A DNA stretch of 63,500 bases, filler included, from Folioceros fuciformis (taxonomy: Eukaryota), in the NCBI GenBank assembly GCA_049999805.1. It is 3 parts of 3 records of this genome, joined end to end, with 100 filler letters (N's around TTAATTAATTAA, not from the genome) between each part and the next. Parts side by side here need not be neighbours in the genome. Positions count along the whole stretch, not along the records: positions 32,137 to 63,500 come from JBNGIO010003130.1; 2 more parts are not named here. One strand, written 5' to 3'. This document shows, piece by piece, positions 34,666 through 48,581 of the stretch. Both the position numbers and the translations under genes were made by a program. Positions within the stretch are counted from its first letter, which is position 1, and every line of letters begins with the position of its first letter. The notes below the pieces were generated by a model. That model was not told the DNA's origin. It saw nothing but the letters and a program-made list of their open reading frames with translations, and did not search any database.

Positions 34666-37600
34666 ACTACTCCTCCTCACTTGGCACCACCTGTTTCACC
34701 TTCTCTAGTAGCCTAATGGTTTTATGTAGCTCTTGAATGAGGCTTTGCTTGCCAGCCTCTCCTTTCCAGCAGATCTGTAGAAAGACACGTTTTTGTTCTG
34801 GAGAAGGACCCACAGCGCGGGTCCTTCTCCGTAACAAAAACCCCCATTTGTCCCTGAACGAGCGCCAAAAGTGTTCAATCCTCGGCACTTAACACCCATA
34901 CTCCTCCACCACCAGATTATGGCATAGCATGCCCACGAGTTCCACCTTAGCAAGTTATTTCTTCAATGAAACCTCATCCCTTTTCTCTATGCACCCTATG
35001 TTTACCTCTTCATCCTCACATGATTGTGAATGGATGGGCCCCTGATGAAGTTGTTGTCATTCTTTCAAGGTCTCGTTCTCACGAAGTCTGTCTCTACTAG
35101 GTCTCACGAAGTCTTTCTCTACTAGGTTATGCTCCACTGCAAAGTTGGATTGGAGTTGCTGTGGATGCTCAAATTTCTCTACTACCCCCTTTGTACGCAT
35201 CAAAAATTGTTTTGGCTCTCTTTTTATGAGCCAAAACTACTATGTTATATAGTGTGTGGCACCATCTAGGATTACATGCACCTTCATATGAAACATATAC
35301 ATCTTATCATACGCTGCAACAAAATGTATGGTCAACACTCATTACAAGTAGTCATAGCAATCAGTAGAAGTCATGTTCTCCAGGCACCTAAGTCCATCAA
35401 TTCTCCATTCTCCCCTCAGCTGTGCACACAGCAAGCACTTGCAATCCATGTGCCACATGCACATCAGCATTTAGTTTGCGTACTGCACCCGTTGGATGCG
35501 AAGCCTAGCTCTCATTGTCAAAGCATTTGGTTGCAATAACCGAAACGCAGCCGCAATTTTCCACCTTGCCAAGTTGTACCCCACGTCTCATAACGACGCT
35601 CTGTCTACACGAACCCCCCATATCACACCTTGCTTGGCTATTACCACATGTTGCACTATGATCAACGCCACTTCCTCCATTGTCTAGTTCTACCCCGCAT
35701 ATGCACCAATCCACCCTTGACAAGTTGCTAGCCATCGCCTCAATGTTCACTCTGCAGAGCCGACAGCCTGTAACAGCCCTAGCTTCGTTCAAAGTGAACG
35801 TCTTGTCCCTCGGATTCTTGTCCTTGCTGTGCTAGTGAAAGCCGCCAAGCATTCAATGGAGATAGCTAAGTTCAACCGCACACTAATATTGTGGCTAATG
35901 TGTGCCTATAGTCTCTGACTTAATTCTTATTGCCATGTCTAAAATCCATAGTATGGAACCCCCATGCACCCCTAGCTGCCCGCCTCCTCGCTTGCACACT
36001 TGTTAGGCATCGCTTGCCTCGAAGCAAATGTTAAGGCACATGCGGAACCCGAGGCGACGCCCGAAACCGTTGGTGCAATAGCAGCTGGTAAGTGGGTTTG
36101 GGACAAGGGATGGAGACTGGGGAAGGCCGAGCATGGAGAGGACAAGCAATTCCAACGGTGAAGGTACTTGTACAATGCCGGAAGTTAATTAGCCAGAAGT
36201 TGGGAAGGAGTGTTTGCAAGGAGGAGGAGTGCAAAACATTGGAGGCAAAATTGGAGGCGATTGAGAGGAGAATGAAGCAACACTTGGGGGAAGATGTGGG
36301 AGTAGCGAGGTCACCAACTGCTCGTGGTGGACGGTAGGATACCCTATCTAAAGTGGATGCGGGCCAGAGCCCTGAAGCAAGGAAGCAACCAAGCAGGCGG
36401 GCACAAAGGGAAATAAAATACTCGGAGAATGCTTCCTCAAAGGAGGAGGTAATGTCGAGCAGGGGCTGCGATAAGGGGTAGGAAAGCAGTAGGCATCTGA
36501 TGTAGTAAGCGGCTAAGAAGGGAGACGACATGTACTTGAGTGTCGGAGGGACGGAAATGGCAAACACCGTGCGTTTGCGGGTGCTTCTTTGTGTGTGAGT
36601 GGCGAGATTTGCCAGTGTGCAGGCTTGGGCAATCCACCGTTCGACAAGGGGAAGCATTTGCATAAGCAGATCAAACCGTGGGGCTTCCTTCCAGATGCCT
36701 TTCTAGCCCGTGTCTCTCTCCATGCTCCCTGATATGTGCGCCTCACACCTAACAGTCCCGAACAAACATCCTAAGCAGGGCCCCTTGACAAAGCCGTAAT
36801 GCATAAGGAGGTGGACGCGCGACAGGGGTGAGGCACTGCCCCCTCCATCATGATCTGCCTTTCATAGAGGTGGGTGGTGCAAAGCCGTAAGGCAGGAGGA
36901 GGTGGAGGCATAAGCAAGGGTGAGGCATCGGCCCCTCCATCCCAATTTGCCTTCCGGTGAGGGGGTCGTGCATAGGCACAAGGAGCTAAAGGAATCACAC
37001 TCTTCAAATAAAATGGACAGCCATCATAGCATGGGTGTGTGGAGTGCTTTCGCTCAAAGAAGGGAAAACAAGATTCATATGCTTGCGAGAATGCTCTAGT
37101 ATTTTGGTGCCAGTGCAGATGTCCTCGTTGGTGAGGAGGGTAATTTCCGTGCAGGCACCAAAGCAGTCATTCGTTACGATTTTTATGCTGCAAACGAGGG
37201 CACACAATCTCTGTTAGCTTTGGCACGCCATAATTTCCCTCCATTCTCATGAACCTTCACAACATAAGTGAAGTCCCTTGCTCTAGATGCCTTGACCACT
37301 TCGGAGATGACCTAAAACACGACCAAGATTAGCACAACTACTAGTAGGCACAGTGAACCGGGGATGTCGATGGAGACAATAAGGATGGAGAATTTTGGAA
37401 CAGTACTCCACCTCCTTTGTCTATATTGTGTGCATTTGGTAGTACCACCTTCTGCTCCACTGTTGTTGGAAACTTGTTTGAGCACATTTTCACCACATCC
37501 AAGCACAAGACACAAACTCAAAGCCTGAGATCCTCCAAGCTGAATTGAGAGCAATGTTTGGACTTCACATCATTTTGAAAGCTCTTAGGGGATACTAGGA

Positions 37601-38379
37601 GACACGATTTTCTTTTCCAGCACATAATTTTAATTAAGATTATGGAAATGAAAAAGTTGTTTACGGCTAGGCAGGTGCAATGGACATGAAGCGTGATACA
37701 GGACTGTGCTGTGACTGCTCAAGAAGGAACTAATGAAACCGACGGAACGGACGTACAGGAGCGCAATGATTTGGGGGTGGTGCCCACTAAGTCGGCTTCT
37801 CCGGGCGCCACGTTGCCTCTATACCACATATAGGCCCCTAAAACTTCAGAGGATGGACGCCTCTGAATGGGAAATGTCTGCCCAAAGCGCTGGCATCGGT
37901 GGGCCTTCTGCCGAATTAAGGTAAAGTGAGTATATCGGGAGAGGCTTATTTTTAGCCCTGGGGCCGATAACACATCAACGGTTTGCTAGTCGGACAACGA
38001 GCCCTTTCACCACCGATGCACAGCTTTGGCAGCAACTTCTCCGGCAGCGTCTGCTTTTGGCACGGCAGCCAGGCAGACTCACCGCGCCTTCTGACACACG
38101 TCGCAGCTTGTCCTGGAGTACGCCGTGTCTGAAATTACTCGCTTTGATTCTTCCTCGCCTTTAGCTCGCTCAGCCTTGGATTATCGGCACCCCGGTTGAA
38201 TTCCAGGTCGGGCTGTTTCTGCGGTAATGGAATGTCGTTCAGCGGGGAGCAGATGTTGCGGCATTGTGCGGTGTGGGGAATGGCCGCCTCCAGTGCTGTG
38301 GTAGTCGCGGCGGGCATGGGATGGTGCATTACTATGTGACGCTACTGGCAGGAGACTGTGTGATTCAGCGCTCTTGAGG

Positions 38380-40178
38380 ATGGACGGTCCGGTTGTGGCA
38401 CCTTTGCCAGCCTCAGGTATGGAGTTTGGAGGTTAGGCGCGGTGTGTGTGAGAGGAATGCTGCGGCGCGAGCTCGCGTCTCAGTGCTCCGGTTTGGTCAC
38501 GGTCGCTCTGTGTGTAGATAAGGCTGGGAAGTCTTCGACCTTGAGTTTTGGAGCGATTTTTACTATTTGTGTGGTAGTTTTCGTGACTACGAAGGTCAGC
38601 CTTGGGGTGTTACTCTACTGGAAGTGGACGAGAACTAGGAACGTATGCGAGGTGAAGGTTTCTGGTGAGGATACTTTTTGAATGCAGGTTTCTTGGAGCA
38701 CTGTTTGCAGGAGGAAGGGAATCAGCTCAATTTTTTTTTTCTTTTTTCTGTTGTGTTTACCCGCGCGCGCAGGAGGCAAGCTGGTCATGTTTCAAAGCTC
38801 TGGCAAGCCGTCCCCGTCGTCCAAAGCTATGCTGAAGAAGACGGAGAGTTTAAGTAACAAAGATATAATAGGAAGCGGAGGTTACGGCACGGTCTACAAA
38901 CTGGTGCTTGATGATCATTCTGCGTTCGCAGTCAAGAAGCTGTCTAGGGGAGGGATTGATCATGAGCGGGGATTCGAGAGGGAATTGGAGACTCTGAGTG
39001 ACATTAAGCATCGGAATCTCGTCACGCTGCGAGGCTACTACAGCGCGCCTCAAGTTAATCTTTTGGTGTATGACTTGATGACCAATGGCAGCCTGGATAC
39101 GCATCTCCATGGTACGCGGACATTGTAGTAGCTCCTGCACCACTAGGCTCCTGCTCTTTGCTCGGTTGTTTGTCTCACACCTGCCGAACATCAGGTTAGC
39201 AGACTGGCTGCTACCACACCCTAGACTAACGGTGCTCATGTGGACCCCCATTCTTTGAATTGCAGACCGACCAGAGAATGAAGACCCTCTGGATTGGCCT
39301 ACCAGATTGAATATTGCGATAGGAAGTGCTCGTGGTATCGCTTACCTACATCATGACTGCATCCCGCATATCATACATCGGGATATCAAGTCTAGTAACA
39401 TATTGCTGGATGAGGACATGGAGCCGCATGTTGCTGATTTTGGCTTGGCGAAGCTAATGAACCCTCGCCGGACTCACGTTACCACAGTTGTTGCAGGCAC
39501 TTTTGGCTACCTGGCTCCTGGCAAGTACTTCCCTAGCAGTTCATGTATATATCATGGTGACTGGAAGAGCTTGTGAGAGTTAACGGTCTGCTGTTGCCCA
39601 TCGTGCAGAGTACATTGACACCGGGAAAGCAACTGAGAAAGGCGATGTTTTCAGCTACGGGGTACTGCTTCTAGAGCTTCTCACTGGCAGAAGACCAACC
39701 GACGAATTGTTCGTAGAGACCGGCCTGAGTCTTGTGCAATGGGTATGCGTCTGCTGTTTTGTGTTTGAAAGTCGAAACAGTAGATACCATATTTTCCAGC
39801 CCGGGGCTAAGACATTCGGTTTTGTTGCCTTTCCTCCTGCAGGCACGAGATTCTTTGGCTAGAGAGCAGATCACAGACTGTTTTGATGAGGAAATCTTGG
39901 CCTCAGTCTCAGAAGAGGAGCTGACTGAGGCAGCGAGAATTGCTTGCCAATGTCTCAGCCCAAATGCCAAGCTCCGTCCAACCATGGTGGAGGTAGTGAA
40001 AATGCTGGAGGGGTTGCAAGCCAGGTACGATGACAACTACATATATACAGAGTCAGTGACCGTGAGTCCTGTTCGGAGCTTCCGAGGATCTGGCACGGAT
40101 CTCAAGCTGGGAAACGGTGAAGGAAAGCTCAAAAGTAGTCAACTCTCGGGTTCTTTTGAACTGGACGTCGAGAATTGA
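38380..40178 (+). CDS. Receptor-like Ser/Thr kinase with short ectodomain and a TM helix, At1g78530-like, ~6 exons
   Basis: TM segment [22 protein letters not shown], then [59 protein letters not shown] and RPTM. Exons at about 38380-38416, 38518-38664, 38773-39111, 39266-39520, 39609-39742 and 39843-40178. The start codon is inferred. Confidence 0.9.
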
Positions 40179-41727
40179 AGATCTGTGATTATATTGTAAC
40201 ATTCATGTACTATAGTGGTTTCATATAGGGAGTGGGTTGTCGCCGGTGAACCATTCTTTGCCGTGGCCCTGCTCTGCATGCAGCTTGCAGGTTGTTGTCA
40301 GATATCTATCAGTTCATCATTCCATAGTCACGCATCAGTCCACCTTCAATTCAACTGGGCTTCCATATCTCAGGCTAAATCAAATTGAGTAAGTTAATTT
40401 TTTACTGAAGAGAAACGGAGATGAGTTCTCAAGTCGCACCCTTTCCTTCTTTTCCATAATTGAATACGATGCCCACTCGTTAAAGGGTTTTGAATATTCT
40501 CTTTCAAGTCTTTAGGTTTGTTAGTTATAGTCCAACTCATCATTGTGTCTACTAGATGACTAGAAAGGATATAGGTCACCGTCCCCGTCGCGGTGGCCGC
40601 GGCGACCGATGTGCAAGGTGCTGCGTGCCGATGTCCAATGCCTACTGCTTGGACAAGGTGGACACCAAGAGATCAATCCGACGTAGGTCCGAGTAGATCG
40701 AGCGATGTATCTGGGAGCAAACGCGTCTGCAGCTGCGGCAGTGTATCCACGGCTTTGAAGCATGTTGTAGCTCTTGGAATAACGATGGCCGCTGCCTCCG
40801 CCTCCGGGTCTGCGATGAAACCTTAGGATTGCTGCAGGCCTCCTTTTCTGCAGCCGTTTACATACGCGGCCAAGCATCGATCGGTCAGATCGCAGCTGCG
40901 ATTAGCTGGTGGACGACCTCCACCAAAGAATGCATACTCACGACGACGTAAACCAGCACACGCAGCCCCGGGCCCGCTCAACTATGCAGGAATCGCTGCA
41001 ATCGGCAGCTCGGAAACGAGAAAGGAAGTGTACCTCCAAAGACACCACCTCGGACGTCAAGATACATATTCAAGCAAATTTCTACGGCCAATCCACCACA
41101 GGGCGGGCACCGCCACGGCGAACAAATGTAAAGGCAACAAAATTTGGGGGATTGTGCTGAAGTTGGTGAAGGCGCACAAGACCTACTGCAGTTTTGTGAT
41201 TTTGCATCTGCTGCTCGGGATGTCGACCCTGATTGTGGAGCCGACTGATGAAGATGAGGAAGAGCAATTATTTTTCGTAGAAAATGAGAAAAAACAACTA
41301 CTTCTCGGATAGCATGTCAAAGTGGGGAAGCTTCTTGCAGATGGCATTTCCATGATCCAGTTTCGGGTTAAACAGTCTGTCATACGATTTGCACTTGTCT
41401 ACTCTAGTTGAGAATCCAGCTTCTAGATGCAGTGTTTGGAAACGTGGTGGTGCTCGGGGTCCCCTTCAAGGCAGGTTCCCGAAATCCAAAGTGGAAGCAA
41501 ATTTTTGAGAAAGCACGATACATCCACCGCATAGCACACCTCTGAGGCCAATACGAGGCTTGCACCTGCTGTGCAATTGGTTTTATTGTCTTTCCTCCTG
41601 AAGGCACAGGACATTCTTTGGCGACGGGGAGGCTCCCTGCCGAAGAAATCTTGACCAATGAGCAGCTAGCTGATTGTTATTATTCTCACCGCCGACCCTT
41701 GCAACTGCAACAACCAGCTGCGAATCG

Positions 41728-44700
41728 ATGCACACGGTGCCCTTCCCTTACAACAATCTCTCTCTGTTCGAGCCTGTCCATTATCGCAGGGCTGGCCTAA
41801 GTGGCAATCGCAGACATGTGAAAGCTGCGCAGACAGCTAGTAGTGGCCTGTCCGCAAATCTGCCGAACAAGAGCTCGTCCAGGCTTGGCGAGGAGCCCTT
41901 CAATTTCCAGAATATGTGCGTTCTCTTCTGCTTTCGAAGCCTGAAGACTAGGACTAGAGCCCGGGTAGATTTTTGTGAGATTATGTGGGATGTGATAACA
42001 TTCCAGGCAGGCATGGGTGGTTTGGGTAGTGACTAGTGTTCACATTCTTTGGCAGCTTCCATGAACTGCATCCCATGCATGAGTTAAGTTGATCCCGGTA
42101 GCATCTAGTCACTTGTTCTTCTTTGCCCTGCATTCAGCCTTGTTTGAACCTGGGGGATCCGAGTTGATATGTATGTACCTACATACTTTGACCTCGGAAA
42201 TGGGGAAGCTTCTTTCCCACGTTCAACAATTATTGAAGAAATAACGGAATAATAAAAGAGTTCAAGGATCACGTGCTTCCTTGACTTGGCAAGGCTTCCA
42301 GGCCAGTCCATGGCATTTGGTGGCTGTTTCCATCGTAAGCGCAATGCTCGCAACTGACTGGCATCGCATTGCAGAAGGCTCACAGCTGCCCCTTCCTCTC
42401 CGCTTTTCGTTGCCCATCTTGTATGCACAAGCTGTGCCATCTTTCGGGTAGATGTTTGACTCACACATACGATTTCAGCTCGTGGATTTGTTCAAATTGC
42501 AGTTCGTCGTCTTGGCAGCTGCAAGCTGAGTGGGATTGGATCGTTTTTGCTTCACTGAGTGGGTTTGCAGCATCTGGAATGAAAGTGTCCTCTAAAATTT
42601 GCACCTTAGTTATCCAACGTTGTGCTGTGCAGGCGTCGGTTTCATGTGCAGTTCTTCAAATGCAGCCCTTTTGCTGAAAAACGGAGAACATGGGTTGCAG
42701 CGTTGTCTGCCGGTGGCACAGAGGACGGGGGTATGCATTGAGAGAATTCCGAATTTCACTATAAGCGTCCAGCCGGGTGTATGTGGTGTTGCAGTCTCAC
42801 TGGTTGCTGGATGCACAGCAGATGGCATTTCCGGAAAGTCTCCACACGGTGAGCGTCTTGGAGGTTGGAGCAAGGTCGGGAAACTGTACCGGAAATGGAG
42901 GAAAGCACGGCAGGGACTGATGCACCAGAATGGCAAGGATGTGGGAAAAATGGAGGATGCTTTCATGGCTGGAGAATCCGAATCTGAGCAACAGTACTGG
43001 GTGAAGTGTCCTGACAGTTCTGTGTTCTTAATGGTGCGTTCTGTTTCCGCAGTCAGCTACTTGAGCTTCACTTCGATTACAGTTTACTGATTACGGAGAT
43101 AGCTCTAGCTCGGCTACATTCCCTGTGCTTTGCTGACCGCTTCGAACGAACAGGGGATGTTGGCTGGTGCATGCGTGATGTATATTGGCCCTCTTGTGGC
43201 CACGATAATGAGATCCGTTACTCTGCACCATTATGCCACATCGTCGTTATTCACTTCTTTGAGGGGTGTTTTGGTTCATCATCAGCAAAGACCACTTATG
43301 TTGCTTGCATGTATTGCTGCGTCTCTCCCTGCAAAACCTCGGTCTCTTGCCCTTGATGTCACACCACCAGATGTGGTGCACATGTCATGGAGTTTTGGGC
43401 ACCTGTCGTACATGCTGGATGTCTTGATGGAGAGACAACCAGTAGCGTAAGCCCTACTGCTTCCTGTCTATGTTGGTTTTTTATGACTGGAGAAAGCTTA
43501 ACATGTAGCATGAGATTGATTTGACACTGTTCCTTCGGCGCCTGATTGCAGCTATGTGCTATTTCAAATGATGGCATGTGTTTTTCTGATAACAGTCGGT
43601 GGACTGCTGTTTTCGTACTTTAGGTATGTTGTATGCTTAGCTGCGATGTATCTTTCATTTGCTCAGAGATCCTTGCAGGAAGAACTCTGAAGTGCATGAA
43701 GGAATTCCCTCCGTTTCTTTTTTGTGGCTATTTCGACCTTAGTTTCGCTGCCCTCCAACCATTTCCTAGCTGAGGGGTCTAATGGTATTAATTTATGGTA
43801 TCCTCAGGATCAGGAAGCAGACACTTGGTGATGCTATGTGGGATGCGTGGGCATGTGTGTGCTCATCCGGAACACATCTCAAGGTAGGCAGCTGACTTGG
43901 TTCTATTGTCTTCTGATTTCCAGTTTGTGCGACCGAATTCCCTCACAAATCTATTTGATGACTCCAGGAGAAGACCCGTCCAGAGCGCACGATCGGCCTC
44001 ATGCTAGCTCTTGGAGGGCTGCTCTTCTACTCTTTACTGACTAGCACACTGACTGCACAATTCAAGGTGGGTTAAAAGCCCTCTGTCTGTGGTGTCCTGG
44101 TCAGTAATGCAGGCTCAGGAGCTGTTGGGATGATTCTCCAGAGCCGAATGGAGTGGCTTCGGGAGGGGGCCCATTCCCAAGTCATGGAGAGTGGACATAT
44201 CGTAGTGTGCGGAGCAAATACTCACCTTACAACAATTCTGAAGCAACTAAACAAGTCCCAAGAGTTTGCCATCGAAGACGGAACTGCAACCAGCAGGCAA
44301 GCTTTATTGAGTACATTACGAGCCTCGTAAGCTGATGATAACCATGACAACGTGTCTCGTGACACTGTCTAATACACCACGGCTCTTCGTGGGATCACTT
44401 TACAGGAAACAGACAGTTTTGATCCTCTCAGAACGACCAAGGAAGGATGTGGAGAGGCTTGTTGCAAATGTCGCGAGAGAATGTAACCAGATCCATGTTT
44501 TGACCCGGAGGTACTCAGCACAGATTCAACTACATTGGGATATAATTGTATGGTAACCGCCATGCATGGACACGTCTCAGCAAGTTCAACTAAGCTAGCT
44601 TTGTTCTTGCAGTGGCAGCCTTAGCAGTAAAGGCTCGTTTCAAAAAGTTGCAGTGGATAAGGCTAAGTCTATTATTCTGCTTGCAAACAAGGACGACAAG

Positions 44701-47607
44701 TATGTCATTTCGCTTACTGGATACTTGTTTTGATCCCCGACTATCAGTTTGGCCGGTCTTCAAGCTAGTACCCACCCCCAATAGATCATGTGCTCGCACT
44801 TCCTGTTTTCAATGAAATGAGCTTGGCGTACAGATACGAATCAGATGCTGATGCAGTCCTCTCAGTGCTAGCTCTACAGCCTCTACTTGAAGGTTCCACA
44901 GGACAGGTCGTTGCTGAGGTGGGGTATCATTACGTATGAAGAGTTTCGGCTGATCTTTCTCGTGTCAATATCACATGTGGTAATGCTTTTTTTATTATTT
45001 CCGATTCCAGGTGTCCAGGGCCAGCACTGCGGAGCTCTTAAAGTCCCTCTGTAGTTTGAATGTAAGCCCAGTGCAGGATCTTTCTTCGAAGCTTTTTGTT
45101 CAGTGCTCAAGACAACGAGGGCTAGTGGATGTCTACCGCCAACTTCTTGATCAGAGCAGTATACCGCCAACTCTTGCTGACTTTCAGTTCCTGTCATGTC
45201 GAGAAGAAGCTTGTTTAGCACTGCAGTTGTTTACGGTATTGGCAAGATTTTCTGACTCTCGCTGCCTCCTAACGGTGTCAACTGTCAACAGAGCAAACTA
45301 TCAACCTGCGCAGCTACCCTCAATTGACTGGCATTCCATTTGTAGAGCTATGGCAAGGATTTCCAGAGGTTACTTGTCTTCCCCATCACATTTTCTTTTG
45401 TGTGCATGGAACCATAGTTGAGTACAAGCTGTTCGACTGACCGCACTTGTAAATTTTAGGCTGTGGTATGTGGCCTAGTACGGGCTGGGAAGGTGAATTT
45501 CCATCCAGAGGACGACGAGTTTCTTCAAGACAAAGACAAGGTCAGAATGAGAGGCCTGCAAGTCCCTAATTGAACTGTTTTTACGGGCTCTGTCAGATGA
45601 TCTACCCAATATGCGCATGTAGCTCCTTGTAATTGCCCCAAGGAATAGTCAGAGGGAACCTCCAGAAGCACTAGTGAATAAAGCAGAACAGTGTCGACTG
45701 GAAAGTACGACCCCTGATTTGACTCGAAGAGCCAGAGCTGTCAATATTCGAGTTTCATGGCCATCACCAGTTCAGAGGGCTGCCAAAGCACCTTCTAAGG
45801 TGAGGTTTGCTTCACAAGGTATCCTAGAATTTTGTGATGTCTGCCTTCTCTGTGTTACTGAGGTTGCCAAAATTTCTTTCTCAACAAAAGGATATTTTGA
45901 ATCTTACCAGTGTCAGGACTGTTCACTGTCCTTTGTAAAGGAGGGCCTTGCATTGTTGTATGGTGTCGGTCAGAGTCAAAGTATTCAGAGTCGGCTGTAC
46001 TTACTTTGCAGACAGCTGAATGGACTGCGGATAGGAAGGAACGGATAGTGATGCTGGGATGGCGTCCAGGTGTTGGTGAGATGATGCTGGAGTACGATGA
46101 CTACGTTGGACATGGCAGTGAACTGGTATGGATGGATAACGTCCTTGCTGTTGGTATGCCTTGTCGCAGAGGTGCTGCAATTTTTTCTTTGAAGAGTAAC
46201 AGGACTGGGAGGACGTCCATTGCCTGTAGGTTATATTAGCAGAAGCTTCTCTTGAAGAGCGAACTCGGGATATGCATCGTAAAATCTCCAAGCCGTTACA
46301 AAATGTGCATGTCACGCATAAGGTATGCTGCCAAACGTTCCTTATCTTCCATTCTAGGAGAAGGCCACGGTCACGCATCGACTGTGGAGGAGGACATCTA
46401 ACTTTGAAGGGCCCGATTGTGCAGGTGGGGAACCCTATGAGTGAAGCCGATCTGAGAGAAGCAATACTCGATGCCTCGGCATCGACACACAACACTGAGA
46501 CGGTTCCTCTCTCTGTTGTCGTCATCGCTGACACAAGCTGGCATGTTGGAGGTATGACCGATGTAAAGCTGTATGGCGGTCTTTCCTGTGAGTTCGTGTC
46601 CATGTTTAACCTCTGGAGACGTGCTTTGTTGTTTCTACGCAGATACTTCCAAACCAGACAAACAATCGGTTTTCGCTCTGCTTATGGCTGAATCTGTGTG
46701 TAAGCGACACAATGTGAAGGTGATAACAACAGAAACCTCCGATTGTTGTATGGCAAAGACAATCAAGTTTAGGATTGATTTTCTCGAGTTCGTAAACAAT
46801 GTGGATGAAGCTCACATGGCGGATTACCTCAGGTTGCAAGCCTTGTCGCCGAGCTGGTGGATACGAACCTGGGAAAGCAGGTGCCTAAGCGAGTTTGCTC
46901 CACTGTTTCCCTTAGGTACCTGGTGTCTCGTAACAATCTGCATTTTGCTTGCTACAGGTCGTAAAAAGTCACAATTCGCTAACCTACATTGGCACAACTG
47001 AACTGATGGGACTCGTGACGGCCCAAGGTGAGTGGAATGTCCTGCTCTTCCTGAACTACACCTAAGCTCGGAAGTATACTCACTTTGCATATTTGTGACC
47101 TGAAGTTTTGGAGCAGAGCGAGCTCAACTCTGTCTGGACCGAGCTGCTAAATTCGTGGGGAAACGAGATCTATGTGAAGGTAAGGCGCTCAAAGCCGATG
47201 TCAGCAGTGGGGCGAGCGAACTTTGCACACAATGCTGTACCTGAGTCCATTATTTATTCACTTGTTTGGATAGGACATTGAACTCTATCAGAGGGGTGAG
47301 GAGTCTTCCTCATTCCTCGACCTTTCCAAGAAGGCTTTAGCACGAGAGGAAGTAGCCATCGGATACCGGCAGGACGGCAAGATCGTGAGTGCAGCTTACA
47401 GACTTGCTCCATCTTACTTTTTCCTTTTGCGGAAATCCGTGTTTACTTCTCTACGCCAACGACGACACCATTTCTACAAACCATCCTTTTGTGCAGGTCC
47501 TAAACCCGGCACAGAAGACCCAGCCGTTGGGACTCAGGTCAGGAGATTCGCTTGTTGTCATCTGCGAGTTCGAGTTCGAGTTTGAGTCCAAATTAGGGCG
47601 AGGCTGA
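41728..47607 (+). CDS. PEC: CASTOR/POLLUX-like putative ion channel (POLLUX-like 2 / plastid envelope channel PEC type), many short exons; 5' end uncertain
   Basis: Spliced motifs [29 protein letters not shown]...[78 protein letters not shown] and DSLVVICE; stop at 47605-47607. Confidently coding from ~42700; the upstream exons and start are tentative. Confidence 0.88.
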
Positions 47608-48581
47608 ACCTGCCCTTGAGACCATTTGTTCCCTGTACGTACATATGTACCTACCGAAACTCCCAGTACAGACTGACCACTGTGCCACTCGTGGCCACTA
47701 GGACCTGAAAGGTACGTTTGTTTCTGTCTGTCCTCTTGTGTGAGATCGAAAGCTGTAAGAAATTGTTCTCTCATGAGTCTAGTCTAGAGAGTGTCTCTGC
47801 CATGTGGCCATGAGAAGGTGGAGCCGTGACAAGCCAGGCTTTTAAGCCGGAGGCGTGTTACGACAGGCTTGTTGGTGAGAGAAGATGTGGTGCACACCAG
47901 TTGGGCAGCTGCCAGCGGCCCCGACCTCACACAACGCATATGCGCCGTTCTTCTCTGGAATATCGGCCTTTGCATTTGCCAGCCGTTCATGGACATGCTC
48001 GTTTTGAGCAGCTCTCCTCTAGCGCTATTAATGCGGTCGATGACCGGGTGCAGTGTATTGCATACACTGTGTCTCCTGCTAAAAGTGTTTAGGGTTTGGC
48101 AAGGAATGATGCCAGGACATGCCGTTTTAAAGTTGTGCTTACCGTAAGGTAGCGCGTATCGGGGAGGAATAAGCGGCGAATCTGCCAGCATCTCTATGTC
48201 TGTACGTGAACATGGGCAGCTATGGCCTACATATTTGCTGTTCCACAGCTGCCAGCTTGCGAGCTTTGCCGGCGCGGGCGCAGGCGCCGGCATTTGCTCG
48301 GGCTTGGGTGCTTCGGGCCGAGCGATCGTCTTTACGCGCGTGCTGGAAGCGAGGATCGGAGTGTTCCGGGAGCGATTGCTGGTCAGCTCAGTGATCTGTC
48401 CTGTCCTGGAATGTCCGAATATGAGGCATCAAAAGAAGAAGAGAAGAAGAGCCCCAGCGCCGCGCATTTTCCCGTCTGTGTATCGGAGCAAATCATGCTG
48501 GCGGAATTGAAGCTGCGCTGATGGGGGATCTGGCTTGTTTGGCACAAGGTTGACTCTGTGAAGGAAGCGAGATCGGTCACA

